Shown piece after piece: positions 56,284 to 64,000 of a DNA stretch of 64,000 nt. Source of the stretch: an uncultured Defluviitaleaceae bacterium. GTDB taxonomy: Bacteria; Bacillota; Clostridia; Lachnospirales; WRBF01. The DNA lies in assembly GCA_964492715.1 (NCBI GenBank), contig CAZBLK010000001.1:68143-132142 (forward strand), given 5' to 3'. The stretch's first letter is position 1, and the number at the start of each line of letters is the position of its first letter. A model generated the notes under the pieces. That model was not told the origin of the DNA and searched no databases. It was given only the letters and a program-made list of their open reading frames with translations. Both the position numbers and the translations under genes were made by a program.

Positions 56284-57636
56284 ATGGGGAAGCTTTTTGG
56301 CACAGACGGCGTGCGTGGCGTAGCAAACGAAAGCCTTACGCCTGAGCTTGCGTTTAATTTGGGGCGTGCAGGTGCATACGTTCTTACAAAAGCAAACAAA
56401 CATGCACCAAAAATTATTATAGGCACAGACACAAGAGTTTCGGGCGATATGCTGGAGTCGGCTCTTACGGCTGGAATGTGTTCAGTTGGGGCAACAGTTT
56501 ATCACGCTGGTGTAATTCCAACACCAGGCATTGCTTATTTGGTTAGAAAGTACGGTTTGGATGCTGGCGTTGTTATTTCTGCTTCGCACAACCCGTTTCC
56601 TGATAATGGTATTAAGTTTTTTAACGGTGACGGCTACAAACTTCCAGATGCACTAGAAAACGAAATTGAAGAAGTTATCGAAAGCAAAATGAACGAGCTT
56701 CCACGTCCAACGGCAGAAGGGGTAGGCAAGCAAGTTCCATGCGAAACAGCAGTTGACGACTACGTTGACTTTCTTGCGTCAACAATGAATGGTGTTAAAC
56801 TTAACGGTTTAAAAGTAGCAATGGACTGTGCAAACGGTGCGGCTTATGTGGCAGCACCAAAAGTTTTTGAAAAACTTGGTGCACATGTTTTTGTAATTCA
56901 CAATAAGCCAGACGGAACAAACATAAACAACGAATGTGGCTCTACACACATGGGGTCGCTTGTTGAATATGTAAAAGAAACAGGTGCAAACATTGGTGTT
57001 GCATTTGACGGCGACAGCGACCGCTGCCTTTTTGTAGACGAAACTGGCAAAATTGTTGAAGGCGACGAGGTAATGTCAATTTGTGGCCACTACATGAGAG
57101 AAGCAGGCGAACTTAAAGGCGATACAATTGTCGCAACAGTAATGAGCAACTTGGGGCTTTCCATTATGGGCAAAGAGCAAGGCATTACAATAGAGCAAAC
57201 AAAAGTTGGCGACAGGTACGTGCTTGAACGAATGCTTGAAGGCGGTTTTTCGCTTGGCGGCGAGCAGTCGGGGCACATTATATTTTTGGAAAACAATACA
57301 ACAGGTGACGGAATTTTAACTGCGCTTAAAGTTTGCCGCATTATGAGAACTACAGGCAAAAAACTTTCCGAGCTTAACAAGCTTATGGAAGTTTTGCCGC
57401 AAGTTTTAATTAATGCTAAAGTGTCGGATAAGAAAAAGAACGATTATTTAACTGACGAAACTGTTTTGGCAGAAATTAAGAAGCTAGAAGAAAAATATTC
57501 TGGAAGCGGACGTGTGCTAATTCGCCCATCGGGTACAGAGCCAAAAATCCGTGTAATGATTGAAGGCAAGGACAAGGAAATGCTTCATGAAGACGCTACA
57601 GCACTTGCACAATTGTTTGAAAAGTTGTTTGGGTAA
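56284..57636 (+). CDS. glmM: phosphoglucosamine mutase
   Basis: MGKLFGTDGVRG, active-site SASHNP, DGDSDR. Confidence 0.96.
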   Translation: MGKLFGTDGVRGVANESLTPELAFNLGRAGAYVLTKANKHAPKIIIGTDTRVSGDMLESALTAGMCSVGATVYHAGVIPTPGIAYLVRKYGLDAGVVISASHNPFPDNGIKFFNGDGYKLPDALENEIEEVIESKMNELPRPTAEGVGKQVPCETAVDDYVDFLASTMNGVKLNGLKVAMDCANGAAYVAAPKVFEKLGAHVFVIHNKPDGTNINNECGSTHMGSLVEYVKETGANIGVAFDGDSDRCLFVDETGKIVEGDEVMSICGHYMREAGELKGDTIVATVMSNLGLSIMGKEQGITIEQTKVGDRYVLERMLEGGFSLGGEQSGHIIFLENNTTGDGILTALKVCRIMRTTGKKLSELNKLMEVLPQVLINAKVSDKKKNDYLTDETVLAEIKKLEEKYSGSGRVLIRPSGTEPKIRVMIEGKDKEMLHEDATALAQLFEKLFG

Positions 57637-57701
57637 TAATACACGTATAGGGGCGAATAAGGTTCGCCCCTATAAACATATGTATATGGGAGTGGGCAAA
57701 G

Positions 57702-58118
57702 ATGAAGTCGTACAGAAAAGAGCTTACTTTTAGGACAAGCACAAGAAGGGCTTTTGTAAACATTACGCCAAAAGTTGAAGAAGCTTTAAGGGAAAGCGGA
57801 ATTAAAGAGGGGCTTGTTCTTGTAAACGCAATGAATATTACAGCAAGCGTATTTATAAACGACAACGAAAGCGGCTTGCACCGTGACTTTGAACGTTGGC
57901 TTGAAAAGCTTGCACCCGAAAAGCCGTATGAACAATACGACCACAACGGATACGAGGATAATGCTGACGCTCATTTAAAGCGGACTATAATGGGGCGTGA
58001 GGCAGTGTGCGCTGTTACCAACGGCAAGCTTGACTTTGGAACTTGGGAGCAAATTTTTTATGGCGAGTTTGATGGTAAACGTGAGAAAAGGGTTTTAATT
58101 AAAATAATTGGGGAGTAG
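57702..58118 (+). CDS. YjbQ/UPF0047 family (secondary thiamine-phosphate synthase) protein
   Basis: [14 protein letters not shown]...HLKRTIMG...[13 protein letters not shown]. Confidence 0.85.
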   Translation: MKSYRKELTFRTSTRRAFVNITPKVEEALRESGIKEGLVLVNAMNITASVFINDNESGLHRDFERWLEKLAPEKPYEQYDHNGYEDNADAHLKRTIMGREAVCAVTNGKLDFGTWEQIFYGEFDGKREKRVLIKIIGE

Positions 58119-58151
58119 TTTGTTTAAACTTATGCAAGGGGGCGTGAAGTT

Positions 58152-58337
58152 GTGAAGAAAACACTGTTGGGTGGCTTTATTTTTTTAGGCGGAAGTATTA
58201 TATATTCTGCTGGAACTGTAGCTTCAGCCACGGTATACGTTCAATTGCACAAGGTGTTATACATGCCACATATAGGAGTTATTTGTATGATTGTTGGGGC
58301 AATTATTGCTATATTAGACATTAAAAAAAGCGAGTAG
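58152..58337 (+). CDS. small two-TM membrane protein, hypothetical
   Basis: GTG start after aaggggg. Two hydrophobic helices. Lies directly upstream of the CPBP protease gene. Confidence 0.45.
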   Translation: MKKTLLGGFIFLGGSIIYSAGTVASATVYVQLHKVLYMPHIGVICMIVGAIIAILDIKKSE

Positions 58338-58346
58338 GAGTAAACA

Positions 58347-59018
58347 ATGGATACTCTACATATAATTTCAATTCCAAAAGCAATACAATGGGTTTTAGCA
58401 TATTTTGGCACTATGCTTTTGTATACAGCTTTGGACATTTTGGTTTGGAGAAAAATTTCTTCACAATATTCTAACTGGCTAAACATTGGAACTATAGTTC
58501 TCTTTTCGCTTGTGTATTTTTACATTGTACAGTCTAAAACAACATATAAATTAGATATATTTGAAAACTTTACTGGGACAGGTTTTTTGTTGGCTGTTGC
58601 ATGTGTAATTCTATTTTATTTACTTTTAAATAAATTTCTTGACCCACTTTTAGAAAGCATTTTTCCAACAAGCGAGGAAGCTTACCAACGCACAATAACG
58701 AATTTATCAAAATCACCTGTTACAACCTTTATAAGCGTTTGCATACTTGCGCCAATTATTGAAGAAGCCTTAATGAGAGGTTTTGTGCTTGGAGGAGTGG
58801 CGAATGCATATGGTACAATTGTAGCTTTGCTACTTTCGACAATTTTGTTTGCGATTATACACTTTAATATGGTTCAAACACTTTCGGCATTAATTTGCGG
58901 CTTGGTTTTGGGTTTTTTATACATAAAAACAGGCTCCATTCTGTGCTGTATTGTTGCACACAGCGGATACAACGCAATTAATTATATAACGACAATTGTT
59001 CCTAGCACAAAAAAGTGA
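58347..59018 (+). CDS. CPBP (CAAX/Abi) family intramembrane glutamic endopeptidase
   Basis: APIIEEALMRG (EExxxR) and FAIIHF / AHSGYN motifs. Confidence 0.85.
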   Translation: MDTLHIISIPKAIQWVLAYFGTMLLYTALDILVWRKISSQYSNWLNIGTIVLFSLVYFYIVQSKTTYKLDIFENFTGTGFLLAVACVILFYLLLNKFLDPLLESIFPTSEEAYQRTITNLSKSPVTTFISVCILAPIIEEALMRGFVLGGVANAYGTIVALLLSTILFAIIHFNMVQTLSALICGLVLGFLYIKTGSILCCIVAHSGYNAINYITTIVPSTKK

Positions 59019-59030
59019 GTCGGCAAAAGC

Positions 59031-59057
59031 AGAGCCGCAAAATGTTTATGCGGCTCT
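59031..59057. terminator. bidirectional hairpin between the CPBP gene and sigG
   Basis: agagccgca / tgcggctct stem. Confidence 0.6.
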
Positions 59058-59083
59058 TGTATAATTACAAAACTTCTATGCTT

Positions 59084-59860
59084 TTATGTTACATGCTTTT
59101 TCATGTTTTTTAAAGCCGACTTTTCAAGCCGTGAAACTTGTGCTTGGCTTATGCCAATTTCCTCGGCAACTTCCATTTGGGTTTTGCCCTCAAAGAAGCG
59201 AAGGTTTAAAATGTGTTTTTCCCTTTCGTTAAGCCTTTTTAATGCTTCTGAAAGCGAAAGGTTTTCCAGCCAGCGAGAGTCGGTGTTTTTGTCGTCCGAA
59301 ACTTGGTCCATAACAAAAATTGCGTCGCTGCCGTCGTGGTAAACAGGCTCGAACAACGAAATTGGGTCTTGAATTGCGTCAAATGCAAAAAGAACATCTT
59401 CCTTTGGCAAGTCTAGCTCCTTTGCAATTTCTTCAATTGTCGGTTCTTTTGAGTTTTCGTTTGTTAGACGCTCTTTAATTTGCAACGCCTTGTACGCCGT
59501 GTCACGAAGCGAACGGCTTACTCTAATTGAATTATTATCCCGTAAATACCTGCGAATTTCGCCAATAATCATAGGTACAGCATAAGTGGAAAACTGTACG
59601 CCTTGGGTAACGTCAAAGTTGTCAATTGCCTTAATAAGCCCTATGCACCCCACTTGGAAAATGTCGTCAACATATTCGCCACGGTTGTTAAACCGTCTTA
59701 TAATGCTTAGTACAAGCCGCAAGTTTCCGTAAATGTACTTTTCCCTTGCTTCTTGGTCGCCTTGCAAAATTTTTTCAAACAACAGACGCTTTTCCTCACC
59801 CTTTAAAACAGGAAGCTTTGATGTGTTAACTCCGCATATTTCAACCTTGCTGTTATTCAT
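59084..59860 (-). CDS. sigG: RNA polymerase sporulation sigma factor SigG
   Basis: KVEICGVNTSKLPVLKGEE, GNLRLVLSIIRRFNNRGEYVDDIFQVGCIGL and ISQAQVSRLEK closely track the SigG-specific N-terminus and core. Confidence 0.9.
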   Translation of the reverse strand: MNNSKVEICGVNTSKLPVLKGEEKRLLFEKILQGDQEAREKYIYGNLRLVLSIIRRFNNRGEYVDDIFQVGCIGLIKAIDNFDVTQGVQFSTYAVPMIIGEIRRYLRDNNSIRVSRSLRDTAYKALQIKERLTNENSKEPTIEEIAKELDLPKEDVLFAFDAIQDPISLFEPVYHDGSDAIFVMDQVSDDKNTDSRWLENLSLSEALKRLNEREKHILNLRFFEGKTQMEVAEEIGISQAQVSRLEKSALKNMKKHVT

Positions 59861-60016
59861 AAAGCATATCTCCGCCGTTTCCGTAGTTTTCCATTTTCCA
59901 ATTTACAATTAATTTATAAACTGGTATATTATAATATATAAAATCATTTCCCAAGAAATTAAATTTATACAGGTAAAAGGGAGCAAATAATTACCAATAA
60001 AAAGGAGTATTAGATT

Positions 60017-60214
60017 ATGGAAAAATGGGAATATAAAACGGTTACATTTGAAGCTAAAGGGTTTATGGGTGGAACCCTTGACACTGATAATTTCGATGAA
60101 AAACTTAACGAACAAGGTAGGCAAGGCTGGGAAGTTGTATCGTGCTTTGACACTAATTATGCTCAAGGCGGCACAAGATATGTTTATGTGTTGATGAAAA
60201 GAAGGGTAGTGTAA
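60017..60214 (+). CDS. DUF4177 domain protein
   Basis: MEKWEYKTVTF...LNEQGRQGWEVVS. Confidence 0.75.
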   Translation: MEKWEYKTVTFEAKGFMGGTLDTDNFDEKLNEQGRQGWEVVSCFDTNYAQGGTRYVYVLMKRRVV

Positions 60215-60223
60215 CAATTAAAA

Positions 60224-60272
60224 AGCTGCAACAAGTGGTATAAAAACCATTTGGTGCAGCTTTCATTTTTTA
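60224..60272. terminator. long hairpin terminator between the DUF4177 gene and tkt
   Basis: aaagctgcaacaagtgg ... ccatttggtgcagcttt followed by cattttttat. Confidence 0.7.
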
Positions 60273-60277
60273 TGAAA

Positions 60278-62272
60278 TTATTTGCCTAAAATTTTTAAAG
60301 CTTTATTTACAACGTTTTCAACCGTAAAACCAAACTTCTCAAACAAAGTTTCGGCAGGGGCAGAAGCACCAAACGTATCAATTGAAATTACGTCACCGTC
60401 TAGCCCAACATACTTATGCCAGCCAAATGAAGAAGCCGCTTCAACCGCAAGCCTTGCACGGATACTTGTTGGCAAAATGTTTTCTTTGTACTCTTTAGTT
60501 TGTTCCTCAAAAACTTCAAACGACGGAACACTTACAACCCTTGAAGAAACACCAAGCTTTTTAAGCTCGTCATAAGCCTTGTAAACAAGCTGAACCTCCG
60601 AGCCTGAAGCCATTAGTATAATGTCAGGGTTTTCGCTGTCACGCAGAACATATGCGCCTTGCATTGCGCCTTTTCCGCTTTCAGGAAGAAGCGGCAGGTT
60701 TTGCCTTGTTAAAACAATTGCGGTAGGCGACTCTGTGCGTGACAAAGCCAAACACCACGCCGCAACAGTTTCGTTTGTGTCACAAGGGCGCACAACTGTG
60801 TAGTTCGGCATACTTCTTAAAGCTGCCAAATGCTCAATTGGTTGGTGCGTAGGGCCGTCTTCGCCCACGCCTATGCTGTCGTGCGTTAAAATGCTAATTA
60901 CAGGCAGTTTCATCAAAGCCGAAAGCCTGCTTGCGCCTTTCATATAGTCGGAGAAAACAAAAAAGCCAGCAATGTACGTTCTCAAGCCGCCATGAAGCGC
61001 AATTCCGTTTGCAATTGCGTTCATTGCATGTTCACGCACACCGTAGTGAATGTTTGCGCCACCTCGGTTTTCTTTTGAGTAATATTCGTAGTCCTTCATA
61101 ACAGACTTGTTAGAAGGTGCAAGGTCTGCACTGCCGCCAACGACATTTTTAACATGTTTTGTAATACGGTTTAAAACAACTTCTGAAGAAACTCTCGTTG
61201 CAAGGTTGCCTTCGTTTTTCCAAAGCTCGTCGTCGTTCAAAAGGTCTGGAAGCTCGCCACTGTGCCAGTTTACCCATTCTGAATGTTCAGCAGGGTACGC
61301 TTTTTTATAGCTTTCCATAAGCTTGTTCCAATTTTCTTCGTTATCCGCAAATTTTGCGTTTAATTCGTCAATATAATTTCTTACTTCTGTCGGAACGTGG
61401 AAGTCCTCTGCATACTCCCAGTAGACAGCCTTTTTAAACGCTTCAATTTCAGAAGCACCCAAAGGCTCGCCATGTGCAGAAGCTTTGCCTTGCTTGTTTG
61501 GTGCGCCTGCACCGATAAGCGTTTTAACTTCAATTAAGCTCGGCTTGTCTGTAACTTTTTTTGCTTGTTCAATTGCTTTTAAAATTGCATCTGTGTCATT
61601 GCCATCAGAAACAAGTTGAACGTGCCAGCCATAGGCTTCGTAACGCTTGCCTACATTTTCAGCAAAAGCAACTTCCGTGCTTCCTTCTATGGTAATGTTG
61701 TTTGAATCGTATAAAACAATTAGCTTTCCAAGCCCCATTGTGCCAGCAAGCGAAGCTGCTTCAGAAGCTACGCCTTCCATCATACAGCCGTCACCGCAAA
61801 GTGCGTATGTGTAGTGGTCTACAATGTCATAGCCGTCTTTGTTAAACTTTGCCGCTAAATAAGTTTCTGCAAATGCAAAGCCAACAGCGTTTGCAATGCC
61901 TTGCCCAAGCGGACCTGTTGTCACTTCAACGCCAACCGTATGCCCAAATTCTGGGTGGCCTGGAGTTTTGCTGTCAAGCTGCCTAAAGTTTTTTAAGTCG
62001 TCAATCGTAAGCCCGTAACCAAAAAGGTGAAGCATAGAGTACAACAGTGCCGAGCCATGCCCAGCCGAAAGCACAAACCTATCACGGTTTTTCCAGCTTG
62101 GGTTTTTGGGGTTGTGGTTCATTGCCTTTGACCAAAGCGTAAAAGCGGCAGGGGCAGCGCCAAGCGGAAGCCCAGGGTGTCCAGAGTTTGCTCTTTGAAT
62201 CATTTCGGCACTTAAAAACTTAATTGTGTTTATAGCAAGTGAATCTGCATTTTGCTTATTAAACTCATTCAT
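60278..62272 (-). CDS. tkt: transketolase
   Basis: 664 aa. [13 protein letters not shown] and [16 protein letters not shown] motifs. Confidence 0.97.
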   Translation of the reverse strand: MNEFNKQNADSLAINTIKFLSAEMIQRANSGHPGLPLGAAPAAFTLWSKAMNHNPKNPSWKNRDRFVLSAGHGSALLYSMLHLFGYGLTIDDLKNFRQLDSKTPGHPEFGHTVGVEVTTGPLGQGIANAVGFAFAETYLAAKFNKDGYDIVDHYTYALCGDGCMMEGVASEAASLAGTMGLGKLIVLYDSNNITIEGSTEVAFAENVGKRYEAYGWHVQLVSDGNDTDAILKAIEQAKKVTDKPSLIEVKTLIGAGAPNKQGKASAHGEPLGASEIEAFKKAVYWEYAEDFHVPTEVRNYIDELNAKFADNEENWNKLMESYKKAYPAEHSEWVNWHSGELPDLLNDDELWKNEGNLATRVSSEVVLNRITKHVKNVVGGSADLAPSNKSVMKDYEYYSKENRGGANIHYGVREHAMNAIANGIALHGGLRTYIAGFFVFSDYMKGASRLSALMKLPVISILTHDSIGVGEDGPTHQPIEHLAALRSMPNYTVVRPCDTNETVAAWCLALSRTESPTAIVLTRQNLPLLPESGKGAMQGAYVLRDSENPDIILMASGSEVQLVYKAYDELKKLGVSSRVVSVPSFEVFEEQTKEYKENILPTSIRARLAVEAASSFGWHKYVGLDGDVISIDTFGASAPAETLFEKFGFTVENVVNKALKILGK

Positions 62273-62837
62273 TTGCTTGTTCCTTTCCTTCGTTTATAAC
62301 ATTAATGTGGCACATTTTCATTACAGTTAAAGCCGCTGTGTTGTCACTTTCGGATACTCCTGCAATGCACTTTGCATCAACGGTAATTTTAACTTCGGGC
62401 AACGCCGCCTTTAAAATTAGTGCATTAGATATAACACAAATTGACGAAACTAGCCCGACAATTTCGATTTCTTCAATTTGGTCACTTTCGTGCATTGTTT
62501 TAAGCTCGTTTGCAAGCATAATGCTTCCGAAAGCCATTTTTTCGTATGAAGTGTACAAGCCTTCCAAAGCTTCGTCTACTTCTTTGTTAAGCTTCCAGCC
62601 TTCTGTACCTTTTACACAGTGAACAACAGGAAGGATTTTGCCTTCCTGCGTTTCAAGGTATGTCGGCTCGTGCGTGTCAAGCGTGCAGACGATTGAAGCT
62701 TTTCCAACTTTGTTTAATGCTTTGTATTGTTCAATTTTGCTAACAACAGATGGAACAATTGCCTTTGCAAATTCGCTTCCAAGGCTTCCAGAAATAAAGT
62801 CTTCCTGCATGTCAACAATGACTAATACCTTTTTCAA
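62265..62837 (-). CDS. isochorismatase-family cysteine hydrolase (nicotinamidase-like)
   Basis: [10 protein letters not shown] and VGLVSSICV (catalytic Cys). TTG start after ggaggtgg. Confidence 0.8.
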   Translation of the reverse strand: MKKVLVIVDMQEDFISGSLGSEFAKAIVPSVVSKIEQYKALNKVGKASIVCTLDTHEPTYLETQEGKILPVVHCVKGTEGWKLNKEVDEALEGLYTSYEKMAFGSIMLANELKTMHESDQIEEIEIVGLVSSICVISNALILKAALPEVKITVDAKCIAGVSESDNTAALTVMKMCHINVINEGKEQANE

Positions 62838-62864
62838 AAGCCCACCTCCAAAAACGTGCATACC

Positions 62865-64000
62865 TTAAACTCTAAGCTCTGCACCAAGATTTTCTTCTAA
62901 GCTTTTCATAATACGTTTCATAAGCTTGCTAACTTCGTCCTCTGTAAGCGTGCGTTCGTCTGAACGGAAAGAAATTCTGTAAGCCATTGACTTGTAGCCT
63001 TCCTGTATTTGCTTGCCTTTATACACGTCAAACGGAACTACGCCCGTAAGAAGCTTCCCGCCGTTTTCCTTAACAGATGAAATAATTTGCTCGTTTGTAA
63101 CCTCGTCTTTTAAAAGCAGGGCAAGGTCACGTTCCACTGAAGGGTATTTCGGTAGCGAAACATACTTTCTTTCAAGATTTGCATTTGCATAAATTGTGTC
63201 AAGGCAAACAGTTGCAACGTACACTTTTGTGCCAATGCTGTAGTTGTCAGCAACAGTTGGGTGAACTTCGCCCAACATGCCAAGCTCTGTGCCACCTAAA
63301 CGGATTGTAGCTGTGCGCCCTGGGTGCATATACGTAAGCTTTTCTTCTGGCACGTAGGAAACGTTGTTTAAACCAAGCATTTCAAAAAGCCCCTCAACAA
63401 TTCCCTTTAAGTCATAAAAATCTTTTTTGCCGTACATTGCAATTGTAAGCATAGTAGGCTCGTTTGGCAAAGCTTCAAGCGGAAGGCTTTTAGGAAGGTA
63501 AACTTTTGCCACTTCAAACAAAAGAGCTTCTTCGTTACGCCTGTTAAAGTTTGTTGAAAGTGAGTTAAGCATTGCATTAAGTGTTGTTGTACGCATAATG
63601 CTAAAGTCTTCGCCAAGCGGGTTTATTATGTTAACAGTATGCCTTAAATAGCTGTCTTTTGCAACGTTTAATTTGTCAAAAACTTTTGGGCTTTCAAAGG
63701 AGTAGTTCATTGCTTCGCAGAAGCCAACCGAAAGCATGTAGTTTTTAACCATGTCTTCCATTTGCTGTGTCAAGCTCTTTTTGCCTATAGTTGGCGTTCC
63801 TGATGTTAACGTTGCTTCAATTTTATCGTATCCGTAAAGCCGTGCAACTTCTTCGGCTATGTCGGCTTCGCCCTCAATGTCGTAGCGGAAAGTAGGAATT
63901 TTGGCAACGCCGTTTTTAGCTTTAATGCCAAGGCTTTCAAGATAATGTTCCATATCACTTTCGCAAATTTGTGTTCCCAAAAGTTCATTTATTTTTTGTG
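62865..64000 (-). CDS. pheT: phenylalanine--tRNA ligase beta subunit, C-terminal part (gene continues past the right edge)
   Basis: B3_4/B5 and C-terminal FDX-ACB regions (YRISFRSDERTLTEDEV). The frame stays open to the window end. Confidence 0.92.
   Translation of the reverse strand, partial: QKINELLGTQICESDMEHYLESLGIKAKNGVAKIPTFRYDIEGEADIAEEVARLYGYDKIEATLTSGTPTIGKKSLTQQMEDMVKNYMLSVGFCEAMNYSFESPKVFDKLNVAKDSYLRHTVNIINPLGEDFSIMRTTTLNAMLNSLSTNFNRRNEEALLFEVAKVYLPKSLPLEALPNEPTMLTIAMYGKKDFYDLKGIVEGLFEMLGLNNVSYVPEEKLTYMHPGRTATIRLGGTELGMLGEVHPTVADNYSIGTKVYVATVCLDTIYANANLERKYVSLPKYPSVERDLALLLKDEVTNEQIISSVKENGGKLLTGVVPFDVYKGKQIQEGYKSMAYRISFRSDERTLTEDEVSKLMKRIMKSLEENLGAELRV

Overview
This 64 kb window looks like chromosome from a low-GC endospore-forming Bacillota (Clostridia-like) organism. 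The evidence is spoIVA, sigG, an alpha/beta SASP, ytfI/ytfJ-like genes and the rplU-prp-rpmA-obg module. Most of it is conserved housekeeping: ppdK, a parC-like gene, ruvAB, a MacAB-like efflux system, a CBS-pyrophosphatase, two htrA paralogues, rpoBC, ddl-murI, glmM, tkt and pheT. I saw no tRNA, rRNA or CRISPR array. The main observation is at the left end. The spoIVA reading frame (minus strand) matches SpoIVA for about 404 residues and then loses all homology near coordinate 6838, roughly 85-90 codons before the expected end. Everything to the left (1-6838) looks like inserted DNA. It holds a co-directional ubiD-ubiA-ubiX operon fused to a lipoprotein-dependent ABC importer, a SAM methyltransferase, and, at the very left edge, the 5' end of a large serine recombinase gene that I translated by hand and that is not in the ORF track. 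I read this as the right junction and cargo of a skin-like intervening element that splits a mother-cell sporulation gene. The left junction and the spoIVA 3' fragment would lie outside the window, so this is an inference and has not been demonstrated. Secondary observations are listed below. (1) A 73-99 nt intergenic element occurs in two copies at the same distance upstream of two phosphohydrolase loci. (2) A single ORF fuses MNT and HEPN domains. (3) An orphan parC-like gene abuts an MFS transporter gene. (4) There are several long perfect hairpins. (5) rpoBC is detached from the ribosomal protein operons and has a 570 nt leader. All functional calls come from motif recognition in the supplied translations and from reading the DNA; no database search was run.
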